From an uncultured delta proteobacterium (lineage in GTDB: Bacteria; Myxococcota_A; Polyangia; Polyangiales; Polyangiaceae): 64,000 nt of DNA. The DNA is taken from NCBI GenBank assembly GCA_963716725.1, contig CAVQUB010000011.1, positions 192,001-256,000 of the forward strand. The letters are read 5' to 3'. The notes below the pieces were generated by a model. The model was not told where the DNA came from, searched no databases, and saw only the letters and a program-made list of their open reading frames with translations. The position numbers and the translations under genes were made by a program. Shown piece by piece: positions 50,701 through 60,878 of this stretch; positions within the stretch are counted from its first letter, which is position 1; each line of letters begins with the position of its first letter.

Positions 50701-53700
50701 GATCAGAGTCTCGAGCTTGTCGTGGTGGCCAACCTGTCCGTAGAGTTCGCGCAGCCGAAGTCGCGCGCGCCGACGGTCGTCGGGGACGACCGCTGGATCC
50801 TCCGCGACACGCTCGAACGCCTCGATGGCCAAGAGCGGATCGCCGCTTCGCTCGGCCTGGGCGGCGGACCGCAGCATCGTACCGATCCGCTCGGCGGTGG
50901 GCACGGTGCTCGCGACGCGACCGAGGAGCGCTGGGTCCCCGCTGAGCTGCGCTGCCAAGGCCGCGCGCGCCGCAAGCGGCGCATCGTCGGGGTCGCGCTC
51001 GGCAGCGGCCACGACCAAGGCGCCCGCGCTGGCACCGTCGTCGAGAGCCCGAGCGATTTGTGCCGCCAGCTCCAAGAGCTGGCGCCCGACGTTTCCGTAC
51101 TTGTCGGCGACGGCAGCATTGACGCTGCCCACCAACGCTCGCGCTCGATCGGACTCGGCTGCGAGCGCCGGAGCACGACTGCTCAGCTCCGAGTACCACT
51201 CGACTGCCGCATCGCACTGCGCCGCCCGTTCGAGGGCCGAGATGGCAAGTCCAGCGAGCGAGAGGTCGAGGGCCACGCCAGCCGCCGCGATGCCGGTCCG
51301 GGCACCTTCTGCACCCTCCAGCCGCGGCAAAAGCGACTCGAGGGCATGCTCGAACCTCAGCGCGCCGATTTCACGGTGCTCGTTCGACACCTTCCCGAGC
51401 TCCGCCAGAGCCTTGCCGAGCGAGACCAAGACCGCCGGCTCGGGCCGCACCGAGAGCGCTCGCAACAGCACGTCCACGCGCAAACGGTTGCTGTCTTCGT
51501 CCGAGCCGCCGAAGAGCGCCGCGCGCTTGAGCCAAGTCGAGCGCTGCTGGGGCTGGTGTGCGGCCTCGGCGACCTCCGTCAGGGTGCGGACCACATCGGC
51601 TCCACGCCCGACTCGCTCGGCCAGACGCCCCATGAGCACGAAGGTGATGCCCTCGGCCGGGACCGCGCAGAACGCTCGGATGGCGTGGTCGAGCGCGCGG
51701 GAGTCTTCTCCTCGGCGCTCGAGGTAACGAGCGGCGCGATAGTGAACGGCGCGCTCACCGAAGGTGCCGAGAGCAGCCCGCGACAGCTTCTCGTAAATCG
51801 ATTCGAGGGTCATGACGTCGTCCGCGCCGGCGGCACGCTCGGCGATGGCGATCATGTCCGTATGCGAGGGATCGAGGTCCAGCGCGGCCACCGCGATGCG
51901 CAGCGCCTCGGCGCTCTCTCCGGCGCCGAGCGCCACGGTAGCTGCCATGCCGAGGAGCCGGGATGCGTCCTCCGGGTGGCCCTGCCGCGCCGCATACCTC
52001 TCGAGCTGTTCCAGCGCCGCCGCGGCGCCCGCAAATGAGACCAGGTCCCGCGCCAGGCGATTGACGCCATGAACCGGATCGAGTTCAGCGGCCCGTTGCC
52101 AGGCCTGGACAGCACCATCTGGATCGCCGGCGAGATCCCAGAGCGCCGCGCCAAGCTCACGAAAGGCCCGGCCCCGCGCCTCGGCGTCCGCCTGCGCGTG
52201 CTCCGCGAGGGCCTCGGCGCGGGCCGTCAGCAAGGAGATCTCGCCATCCGAGCTGCGCGCAGGCAGCGCATCCGCCAGCTCGTTGAGGATTCGATCGGCG
52301 GCCGCGCCCTCGGCCTTGGCCCGCGCCAGCGCCCGCGCCACCCCGTCGGCATCGCCGGCTGCACGGCGTCGGGTCGCAATGCTGAGGAGCAACTCGACGC
52401 GCCCCTCGGCGCGGTCGGACACCGCGAGGGTACGTTCGAGCAGCGCCAACGCGAGCCCCGGCTCGTCGCCGGAGTCGGCGACCGCCAACACCGTTTCACG
52501 CAGCTCTTCGGAGCGCGGTCCGAGCACGTCGAGCGCCCGTCGCGCCATCGCCGTTCCGCGTGCGGGCTCGATTTCCGCGAGCCGGAGCAGCGCCGCCGAA
52601 AGCGGCGACGCGAGATCCGAGAGCGGCTGCGGCTGCGACAAGAGCCACGACAGCGCGTCCCCGATACGCTGTCCGTCGCCAGCTTCGGTGACGCGGCCGA
52701 GTAGCGTCCGGGCTGCGCGCACGTCGCCGGGCCGTAGCGCGAGCCAGCGCTGAGTCCAGACCAGCGCGAGGCTCGGATCGCCCAGTGCGTCGTGCGCGTC
52801 GGCGAGCGCTTCACACAGCGCCGCGCGGGGCACGATGAAGCCCATGGCACGTTCCAGCGCGTCGGCGACCGAACGATCTGGCGCGCGCGCCAGGGCGATG
52901 GTCGCGAGCACCGCCACCGGGCGTGCCTGGGACGGATCGGCACGGCTCGCTTGCTCGGCGACGCTCCGCGCCTCGTCGACGTCGCCCGCCGAGAGCAGCG
53001 CCTCGGCGGAGGCCGCCAGCAATACGGCGCGAAATTCCGATGAAAGCGGGGCCGCGAGGCGAAGCAGCGCGCGAGCCCAGAGCCGCGCTTCGCTGAGCCT
53101 GGCCGCGAGCACCAGCGCCATGCCAGAGGCCGCCGGATGGGCCGCCGGCGTGAACAAGAGCGGGGTCACCACCCGCAACGCGGAGGCCTCTTCCCCCCGT
53201 GCGCGCAAGCACAGCGCCAGCGCCAGCGCGACGCGCTCGTAATCCGCACCCGGGTCGCGAGTCAGCGCACGCTCGAGGGCGCCGACGAGCTCGTCGACGC
53301 GGTCCTCTCTGACCAAGACCCGCTCGAGCAATCGTTGCCAGCCGCGGTGCTCACCGGGAACTTCGAGCAACGCGCGTAGCACCGCTAGATATTCGTCGAC
53401 GTGATCGGGACGACTACGTAGCAGTCCTGCGAGTTCTGCGAGGGACTCAGGCTGGCCGCGCAGCTCCTCGATGCGCGACTCTTCGTCCCTCGCCGCGGGT
53501 TCGGACTGCGCGACGAGCTCGGCGAGATCGTCGTCGGGCTCCATGGCCATTGCCGCACGGCCCGCCCACACCACCAGGCCCGGCATCGACACTCGAGTCG
53601 ACGCGAGCTTCGCCAGATCGACCAGCGCGGCACGACGTGACGGGCCACCGCCCCGCGCGACGCGCAAGAGGGCCCCGATGAGCGGAGTCGGATCCCCGGT

Positions 53701-54888
53701 GGCTCCCAGCTCACCGAGTAAGCCCTCGCGCGCCTCGACCGAAGCCGGATCGAGCGCGAGGCACTCGATCCAGGCCTCGACCGCGCGCTCCGGGGACGCG
53801 AGGGGCCCCGAATAAAGTCGCGCGAGCGCGAGCCTCATCGACGCGCGCTCGGTCGTGTGCAAATCGAGCAACGCGAGCTCCCAACGCGCCGCACGGAGTT
53901 CGTGCAGGCCCGCCTGCTCGGCGAGGGGATCGAGGCCGGAGGCGCCTTTTCCCGGCCCGTCATCGAGATCGGCCTCGAGGTGCGCGTCCAGCGCCGCCCC
54001 CAGGGCGCGCGGCGGATCTCCCGCGGAGATTGCCTCGCGCAAGCGCCGCAGATGCACGGCTCGCTCACGACTGCCGCTTGCCCGCGCATGCTCCCGGAGC
54101 ACCTCGTCCGAAGCGCCCACACGCCCGCGTACGGCGAGCGCGCCGGCGAGCCGCTCCGCCGGCAGTGGCTCACCAGGCGCCATCTCGAATGCCCTGAGCA
54201 AGTCTTCGAAGGCAGCCGCGCGATCACCTGCTGCTTCGTGTCGTCGAAACCCCTCGAGGTAACCCTCGGCAGCCCGCTCCGCCGAGACTGCGCTCTCGGC
54301 CCACGCGCCGATGCCGGCCTGAAGCTCCGGAGCGACAGCGTCCGTCGGGTCTTCGCGGGCGGCGTCGAAGAGCGCGTCCGCCGCACCAGCGGCGTCCCCC
54401 AATCGGCCGAGCAGCACGCCAATGCGCGTCAGGATGCGCGCCGCGTCGGCGCCCGACGCGTCGGCCACCAAGGGACGCAGGGTGGCGGCCGCTGGCCCCG
54501 GTTCGCCGAGCGCCGCAAACCATCCCGCGAGCTCCTCGCGCAAGCCCGGGTCGTGTCCGAGCAGGAGCGCTCGCCGTCCGAGCTCGATGGCGGTGTCGAG
54601 GCCGGCACCGCGGGTCACCAGCGCGCGGGCGAGCGCCGTCGCGTTGCTCCGCTCGGACTCGGTGTCTCCCGCGCGCTCGCTGGCTCCCATCCGCGCGGCC
54701 AGCGACGCGAGCTCGGCGCGGGGCCCCGTCCGTCGGGAGACGGCCGGGTCGGCCAGTTGCGCCTCGAAGGTCAGGGACGCCGGCGAGCGTGGACCCTGCG
54801 GGCGGTCGTTCCATTCCGGCGGCCGCAGGGTGCTGACGGGCTTTTTCCCCGGCTCCCGCCCTGATCCGTTGTCCGAAGGTGTGCTCAT
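47734..54888 (-). CDS. Giant (2384 aa) TPR-like protein with C-terminal degenerate M48-like domain
   Basis: Uninterrupted 7.1-kb ORF with Ala/Leu/Arg/Glu helical repeats, a Pro-rich linker, and C-terminal RAGLFVSGDL...DLVRLATSSEY. Confidence 0.88.
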   Translation of the reverse strand: MSTPSDNGSGREPGKKPVSTLRPPEWNDRPQGPRSPASLTFEAQLADPAVSRRTGPRAELASLAARMGASERAGDTESERSNATALARALVTRGAGLDTAIELGRRALLLGHDPGLREELAGWFAALGEPGPAAATLRPLVADASGADAARILTRIGVLLGRLGDAAGAADALFDAAREDPTDAVAPELQAGIGAWAESAVSAERAAEGYLEGFRRHEAAGDRAAAFEDLLRAFEMAPGEPLPAERLAGALAVRGRVGASDEVLREHARASGSRERAVHLRRLREAISAGDPPRALGAALDAHLEADLDDGPGKGASGLDPLAEQAGLHELRAARWELALLDLHTTERASMRLALARLYSGPLASPERAVEAWIECLALDPASVEAREGLLGELGATGDPTPLIGALLRVARGGGPSRRAALVDLAKLASTRVSMPGLVVWAGRAAMAMEPDDDLAELVAQSEPAARDEESRIEELRGQPESLAELAGLLRSRPDHVDEYLAVLRALLEVPGEHRGWQRLLERVLVREDRVDELVGALERALTRDPGADYERVALALALCLRARGEEASALRVVTPLLFTPAAHPAASGMALVLAARLSEARLWARALLRLAAPLSSEFRAVLLAASAEALLSAGDVDEARSVAEQASRADPSQARPVAVLATIALARAPDRSVADALERAMGFIVPRAALCEALADAHDALGDPSLALVWTQRWLALRPGDVRAARTLLGRVTEAGDGQRIGDALSWLLSQPQPLSDLASPLSAALLRLAEIEPARGTAMARRALDVLGPRSEELRETVLAVADSGDEPGLALALLERTLAVSDRAEGRVELLLSIATRRRAAGDADGVARALARAKAEGAAADRILNELADALPARSSDGEISLLTARAEALAEHAQADAEARGRAFRELGAALWDLAGDPDGAVQAWQRAAELDPVHGVNRLARDLVSFAGAAAALEQLERYAARQGHPEDASRLLGMAATVALGAGESAEALRIAVAALDLDPSHTDMIAIAERAAGADDVMTLESIYEKLSRAALGTFGERAVHYRAARYLERRGEDSRALDHAIRAFCAVPAEGITFVLMGRLAERVGRGADVVRTLTEVAEAAHQPQQRSTWLKRAALFGGSDEDSNRLRVDVLLRALSVRPEPAVLVSLGKALAELGKVSNEHREIGALRFEHALESLLPRLEGAEGARTGIAAAGVALDLSLAGLAISALERAAQCDAAVEWYSELSSRAPALAAESDRARALVGSVNAAVADKYGNVGRQLLELAAQIARALDDGASAGALVVAAAERDPDDAPLAARAALAAQLSGDPALLGRVASTVPTAERIGTMLRSAAQAERSGDPLLAIEAFERVAEDPAVVPDDRRRARLRLRELYGQVGHHDKLETLIESELTSGDLVGAALARAGRDLAALLATRGKPDRALAVLDEALRNAPGDIALLEDMVTLAHQARDGGRRAAALGHLIDRVDDRAKLRFLRELAPLLAELGDDAGASSRFAELSAMDPDDLNALAAMELAAEKRGDWERALSLLGRRASLASRVDDVRRIRLRRATLLEERLGRADEARTELEALLAATGDHLSVLRVLADLHQRLGAPLRAAPLWMRASAVTTNRDEAADLSKRACEAYLAGGDVDAARRVIEGLGAWLQSPELLELAVAVERRSGDARALGQALEDLVGAGGHPVERHVALLVEAARAYDVAGQPADALALAERASEIAPAAAAPQIFARWLEYRVRGPTTREHARLVVAALRGIDEALTPEEAEVRGFLIAEALDSAVGTGAGMRELMKLSAELGNVPLVALGIGERLTEGGEHGQSLSLFDLALSGDLRGVRHRGRVAIMAADAARETGDFGRALGFVNIAATEPITRDAASALGAQLRAEELAGEVAREQASARRDVAPVRRTDTEPGLPRAEPVPAFVGPRDSSPPPRLASKPPAAHRPSTTYHSTAPPEQIRQPSEPPPKQHSAPPAPVIRERGTDPEPHSQIEAKVAMPASLRRVSGTFAAASSMEADLLTQLAEGSLDAGFELVRQLENRRSRAYDLVAVCRAMVSHAPGDRDLLRQLYVAALADKNHVYARAVEHALALFDPSAEAAAPPGLAEQPEDPARLRALLFRELQSPVCEALSLVWEGASHVFRRDPASYGVAGAARISIQAPTPLARTYAAAARVLGLTRTPLFHPRTAGPISLGVALLSPPALIAAGEVARETPELSYHVGAMLVASLPEHVLLFGSSEEQAQSILKSMLLAFGPPAEHKADLASAASLAEVLWERIPASSQRRLRELCHEPSGIDFETGMAHARRAARRAGLFVSGDLGVALRQTCRQEGIAPEVVASPSTLAKLVAEHAAFADLVRLATSSEYSAARWQTQRGTRPPAHS

Positions 54889-55035
54889 GAACGCCCGGGC
54901 CCCGCCGCTGTCCCTACCTCTACCGCGACCGCCGGCCTTTTCCGAGATGGATCGAGCGGGCTTGTCCTCGAAATCTTCCGGGTCTAGCCTCCGTCGGGCT
55001 GCGGCAATGGCCGTCGCGGCGCCGGAGGCACGAAC

Positions 55036-56085
55036 ATGGCACGCACGAATTCCGCTTCGTTTTCGAAGGCTCTCGCCCTGATCGTGGCGGGCACTCTCGC
55101 GAGTTCGAGCGCCTTGCCCCTGGCGATGGCTCAGGGCAAGGGCGCCGCCGCGGTTCCCGACGCGAAGAAGCGCGACGCCGCGCGCAAGGCCTACCAGGGC
55201 GGCGAGAAGGACTACAAGGCCGGCAAATACGCCGAAGCCTACGATGGCTTCAAGAAGGCCAACGAGATCCTACCTTCGCCCCACGCCGAGTACTGGATGG
55301 CGATGGCGCTCGACAAACAAGGCAAGTCCGACGACGCGGCCGCTGCCTACGAGAAGCTCCTCGCGCACGCCGAAGTGAGCAAGCTCGGCGACGAGAAGAC
55401 CGGGCAGGTCAAGAGCCGCCTCTCGGAGCTGAAGGGCAAGCAGACGGGCGAGGTGAACATCGCCACGAACCCCGTGGGGGCGTCGGTCACCGTGGATGGG
55501 ACGGCGCAGCCCGGCGAGACGCCGATGATCATCAAGCTGGCGCCCGGCGCTCACACCATCACGATCACCAACCCTGGCTACGAAAAACAAGAGCTCTCGA
55601 TCGACGTGACCGCCGGCCAGCGCGTGGAAAAGAGCGTCGAGCTCAAGGCCGCGGAGCTCGGCCCCGCCGCCGCGCCGGCCGACACGCCGGCTCCCGCGGA
55701 GCCCGAAGAGAAAGCCGAGCCCGCGCCACCGGCGGAGGCCAAGAGCAAGGTCCCCGCGTATGTGACGCTGGGGATCGCCGGCGCAGCCACCGTGGTGGGC
55801 GCCTTCTTCGGGGTAAAGGCCCTCGGAGCCAAAGGCGACTTCAACGACGATCCGACGACTGACAACGCAGACTCGGTGGAGCGCAACGCGCTGATCGCGG
55901 ACATGGCCTTCGGCGTCGCCATCACCCTGGGGGTGACTGGCGTCGTGCTGCTCACGAGCGGCAGCTCGGAGCCCGCAAAAGAGAAGGCGGCCAAGCGCAA
56001 GGCGCTGCCGAAGAAGGCGCGCTTCAACGTCGCTCCCTATGCGACGCCCACCGGCGGCGGCGCGGCCGCTCGCTTCGTGTTCTGA
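55036..56085 (+). CDS. Exported TPR + PEGA domain protein
   Basis: Signal peptide AMA/Q, TPR helices, PEGA (TNPVGASVTVDG..GETP..LAPGAHTITITNPGY), C-terminal hydrophobic hairpin; GGAGG RBS. Confidence 0.88.
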   Translation: MARTNSASFSKALALIVAGTLASSSALPLAMAQGKGAAAVPDAKKRDAARKAYQGGEKDYKAGKYAEAYDGFKKANEILPSPHAEYWMAMALDKQGKSDDAAAAYEKLLAHAEVSKLGDEKTGQVKSRLSELKGKQTGEVNIATNPVGASVTVDGTAQPGETPMIIKLAPGAHTITITNPGYEKQELSIDVTAGQRVEKSVELKAAELGPAAAPADTPAPAEPEEKAEPAPPAEAKSKVPAYVTLGIAGAATVVGAFFGVKALGAKGDFNDDPTTDNADSVERNALIADMAFGVAITLGVTGVVLLTSGSSEPAKEKAAKRKALPKKARFNVAPYATPTGGGAAARFVF

Positions 56086-56128
56086 GTCGGGCGAAACCCG
56101 GGGCGCGCTCAGGCCGTAGTGCCTGAGA

Positions 56129-56725
56129 ATGCGCCCCCTCGCTTCCGCCACCGCCCTCGCAGCGCTATGCGTCGCGGGAGGTTGCATGTCGAACAAGACT
56201 GCTGACGTAGAGCAGGTGACGCCCGCCCCCGGCTCCCAGACCGAAACCGCCGTGCTCGCGGGCGGCTGTTTCTGGGGAATGGAGGAGATCCTGCGCAAGG
56301 TCCCGGGCGTGATCGACACCGAGGTCGGCTACGCCGGCGGCACTTCCGTCAGTCCGACCTACGAGGCGGTGAAGGCCGGCACGACGGGACACGCGGAGTC
56401 GGTGCGCATCGTCTTCGACCCGAAGCGCCTCAGCTATGAAGACCTGCTCGAGAAGTGGTTCTTCCGGATGCACGACCCCACCACCAAGAACCGCCAGGGC
56501 AACGACATCGGCAGCCAGTATCGCTCGGCGATCTTCGTCGCTTCTCCCGAACAACGTCGGGCCGCGGAGGCCGTCAAGGAGCGCGTGAGCGCCAGCGGCA
56601 AGTGGCAGTCGCCCGTGGTCACCGAGATCGTCGACGCGGGTCCCTTCACCCCCGGCGAGGGCTATCACCAGGACTACCTGGAGAAGAACCCAGGCGGCTA
56701 CACCTGCCACTGGCTGCGCGACTGA
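56129..56725 (+). CDS. msrA: Peptide-methionine (S)-S-oxide reductase
   Basis: GGCFWG, GYAGG, GHAE, HDPT, QGNDIGSQYRS, YHQDYL, GYTCH. Confidence 0.97.
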   Translation: MRPLASATALAALCVAGGCMSNKTADVEQVTPAPGSQTETAVLAGGCFWGMEEILRKVPGVIDTEVGYAGGTSVSPTYEAVKAGTTGHAESVRIVFDPKRLSYEDLLEKWFFRMHDPTTKNRQGNDIGSQYRSAIFVASPEQRRAAEAVKERVSASGKWQSPVVTEIVDAGPFTPGEGYHQDYLEKNPGGYTCHWLRD

Positions 56726-56748
56726 GAGGCCGGGCCTGGCCCCTCGCT

Positions 56749-57858
<1,110 letters not shown>

Positions 57859-57983
57859 GTCGGGTTCCTCCTCGGGTGAGGCAGGGATTTAACGCGTCGC
57901 GCCGACGGCGCCCAGCCTCGCCGAGCCGGGCTAGAAAATCGCGAGGATCCGCGGCACCCCCTCGGCAAGCGGCCGAGCTGCGT

Positions 57984-59063
57984 CTATTGGCAACACACCG
58001 TGACCGGACCCGCGGGCGCTGCGCTTCCGACCGGCGCGCCGCCACCGGCGACGCACGAGGGAGTGGTGGTCGTGACCTTCACCGAGCGCTGCGCCGTAGG
58101 ACCGTCGACCTCGAGGCAGCTGCCGCCCTTGGGGATGGTGCTTTGAGTGCCTGCGCACCCGCTGGAGTCGAAGTCGTCCACGCTGACGGCGCATGGTCCT
58201 GAATTGTCACAGGTGCACGCGGTACAACCACGGGAGTCGTCGGCTCCCGCGTGGAGGCTGAAGGTCTGGGGGTAAGCAGCTGGGCAGCCGACGATGCCCT
58301 TCTGGAATACGCAGCGCTTCGAGTAGCTCGCGTCGACCTTGGGAGCACAAACCCCGGCTCCGCACCCGGCGCCCGGACTCGACGGAAAACACAGCACGTG
58401 CCGCGCGCTCCAGCTGAGCGGTGGCACGGCGGGTTTGCTCGACGCCATCGGCAGGCAGCTGAGGTTGCCAGAGACTCCGATCACGAAGTTGGCGAACGCG
58501 GGACCGCCCACCGAGATGTCGGTGCAGCCGGCGCCGATGGGCGTGTAGGTTCCATTCACCGTACAGCCGCCGCTGACGTACTTCACCAGCGCCACGCAGC
58601 TCGCCGCACCGACCGTGGTGCACTGGCAGCCCACCGCGCCGCAGTTGGCAGGCGCGGCGCTCAGCCCCGCAAAGAGCTCGAGCCGCCCGAGATCTGGCGC
58701 CCCGCAGGGCGGTGGCTTCTGCGTGCCCGTCCCCGACCACATCACCGCCGGACCCGTGAAGCCGGCGGGCGCCGCAGCCTCGCAGTCGAAGGCGACTTGG
58801 CAATCGGGATCCGCGCAGTCCACCTGCGAGTCGTCGTCGTCGTCGATTCCGTTCAGGCAGTCCTCAGCGCCCGTGAGCCCACTGCCGCCGCTGCCACCGA
58901 CCGCAGCGTCCCCGCCCGAGGCTCCCCCGGAGCCGCCCGTCGCACCGGATCCACTCGGCTCGTCCTGATAGTCCCCGTCGATGCCGAGGATGGACGCGCA
59001 GCCCAGCGAGGCCACCCCCAAGGCCAGCTGTGAGTACCGAAGCATGAACGACCGCACGGCCAT
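57984..59063 (-). CDS. Cys-rich lipoprotein with Gly/Ser linker
   Basis: Lipobox SLGC, CLNGIDDDDDSQVDCADPDC motif, two Cys-rich halves (CxxCxC), ends TVCCQ. Confidence 0.8.
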   Translation of the reverse strand: MAVRSFMLRYSQLALGVASLGCASILGIDGDYQDEPSGSGATGGSGGASGGDAAVGGSGGSGLTGAEDCLNGIDDDDDSQVDCADPDCQVAFDCEAAAPAGFTGPAVMWSGTGTQKPPPCGAPDLGRLELFAGLSAAPANCGAVGCQCTTVGAASCVALVKYVSGGCTVNGTYTPIGAGCTDISVGGPAFANFVIGVSGNLSCLPMASSKPAVPPLSWSARHVLCFPSSPGAGCGAGVCAPKVDASYSKRCVFQKGIVGCPAAYPQTFSLHAGADDSRGCTACTCDNSGPCAVSVDDFDSSGCAGTQSTIPKGGSCLEVDGPTAQRSVKVTTTTPSCVAGGGAPVGSAAPAGPVTVCCQ

Positions 59064-59068
59064 GCACC

Positions 59069-60394
59069 TCAAGAGAAGCGCGCGGTGATGGCGTCGACCA
59101 CCTGCCCGTAGTCCGGCTTCAATGTCACCGCCGGGTTCGCCAGGCTGCTCGCGACGCCGGGGACTTGCCCGTCGTGGTAGCGCACCTTGAACTCGGTGAA
59201 CTTGAGCGCGTTGGCGGTCGAAACGCAGACCACGCGATCCTTTCGATTGATCTCGCCGCGCGCGACCAGCTTCTCGATCACGGCCAGCGCGACGGCCGTA
59301 TGCGGGCAGGTGTACATGCCCGTTCGGTCGGCGCGCGCTGCCGCGTCGGCCAGCTCTTGCTCGCTCGCCTGCTCGACCAGGCCGTTCATCGCGTCGAGCG
59401 CTCGCATGGCCCGCGGGGCGCTCACCGGGTTGCCGATCTGAATCGCCGTTGCCTGGGTCGCCTGGGCCTTGATGGGCGCCACCTCGCGCCGTCCCTGGGA
59501 CCAGGCTCGATAGAGCGGGTTGGCGTTCTCGGCCTGCGCCATCACCAGCCGTGGAAATCGCGTGATGAGCCCGAGCTCTCGCATCAGCTCGAATCCGGCG
59601 TGCAGTGCGCTGGCGTTGCCCAGGTTGCCGCTGGGCAGCACGATGACGTCGGGGATCTGCCAGTCGAGCTGCTGCACCACCTCGACCGCGACGGTCTTCT
59701 GCCCCTCGATGCGCAGCGCGTTCATGCTGTTGGCCAGATACACCACGCCTTCTTGGGCGAGTCGCTCGACGATGGCCATGCAACCGTCGAAGTCGGTGTC
59801 GAGCCCCAGTACCAGGGCGCCGTGGGCCAGTGGCTGCACCAGCTGACCCGTCGAGATCTTGCCCCGGGGCAGCAGCACGACCACCGGCAGACCGGCGGCG
59901 GCTCCATACGCGGCGAGGGCGGCGCTGGTGTCACCCGTCGAGGCGCAGGCCACGGCCTTCACCTGGAGGCCGTCGCGCATCGCCCAGCGCAGCACGCTGA
60001 CCAGCACGGTCATGCCGAGATCCTTGAAGCTGCCGCTGTGGCTGTTGCCACAGAGCTTGACCCAGAGCTCGTCGAGGCCAATCTGCTTACCGTAGCGCTC
60101 GGCCCAAAACAGGTTGCTGCCTCCCTCGTACATGCTGACGATGAGGTCGTCCGGCATCTCGGGCATCACCCACTCGCGCTTGCCCCAGACTCCCGAGCCG
60201 TAAGGCCATTCGCTGCGCATGTAGCGATCGTCGAAAAGCTTCATCCACTCGGCGGCGCTCGTGGTCTTCAGCGCCGCGAGGTCGTGGCTGACCTCGAGCA
60301 GCCCCTGGCATTTGGGGCAGCGATAGATGGCCTGGGTGACGGGCCAGGACCCGTCGCAACCCGCGATGCACCGGAACACCGATCTGGGGCTCAT
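59069..60394 (-). CDS. thrC: Threonine synthase
   Basis: SGSFKDLG (PLP lysine), CASTGDTSA, NSMN..RIEGQKT, PSGNLGN, AIQIGNPVS; N-terminal Cys pairs. Confidence 0.95.
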   Translation of the reverse strand: MSPRSVFRCIAGCDGSWPVTQAIYRCPKCQGLLEVSHDLAALKTTSAAEWMKLFDDRYMRSEWPYGSGVWGKREWVMPEMPDDLIVSMYEGGSNLFWAERYGKQIGLDELWVKLCGNSHSGSFKDLGMTVLVSVLRWAMRDGLQVKAVACASTGDTSAALAAYGAAAGLPVVVLLPRGKISTGQLVQPLAHGALVLGLDTDFDGCMAIVERLAQEGVVYLANSMNALRIEGQKTVAVEVVQQLDWQIPDVIVLPSGNLGNASALHAGFELMRELGLITRFPRLVMAQAENANPLYRAWSQGRREVAPIKAQATQATAIQIGNPVSAPRAMRALDAMNGLVEQASEQELADAAARADRTGMYTCPHTAVALAVIEKLVARGEINRKDRVVCVSTANALKFTEFKVRYHDGQVPGVASSLANPAVTLKPDYGQVVDAITARFS

Positions 60395-60624
60395 GACAGC
60401 GGCCAAGTATGGTCGCGAAGGGCCCCGAACGCGAGCGGGCATGAGTGAAGCTTCGAGTCGCGGGGCGAGTTCGACACAGATCCGCACGCGCACCTGGAGC
60501 TCGGAAAGCCCCGCGAGCTGCGGCCGCTCGACCGGGATCCGCGCGCGGTCTGCCCACGGCGGCGGCCGGTCGAAAACCCTGGCTCCGGCATTCGACGCGG
60601 CACCGCGTGCGGCAACGCGATGCC

Positions 60625-60822
60625 TCATTTGCGCGTGACGACCACCGGGCCGCGGTCGGGCACGGCGGCGACAAGGGCGTAGGGCTTGCCCGCGGGCTGC
60701 ACGATCTTCACGCTGACGGGCTTACCGCTCTGCGTGGCGCTCGCTCCGGTCCACGCCGCGCTGAGACCGATCTTGACCGTCAACGGGAAGTCGAACGACC
60801 CGTCGCTCCGACTTGCGATCAC
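60625..60822 (-). pseudogene. Possible orphan 3' gene fragment (beta-rich C-terminal domain)
   Basis: FDFPLTVKI..W..ATQSGK..ALV..VPDRGPV is protein-like with GC3-rich codons, but there is no RBS and no N-terminal part. Confidence 0.35.
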
Positions 60823-60878
60823 GAGTGCCGCTCCCCCACCCCCGTTGACGCCTGCCGGCAGCCGCGTGTATTCGCTGG

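Noticed and set aside
48916..52038. Long antisense/alternate-frame ORFs (e.g. 1040 aa here, also 1523..3877 and 14874..16958)
   Set aside because: Shadow ORFs expected in very GC-rich DNA; they overlap genes with clear motifs and carry no domain signal.
60395..60624. Possible attenuator or riboswitch upstream of thrC
   Set aside because: No Thr/Ile-rich leader peptide, T-box or terminator U-tract recognised.
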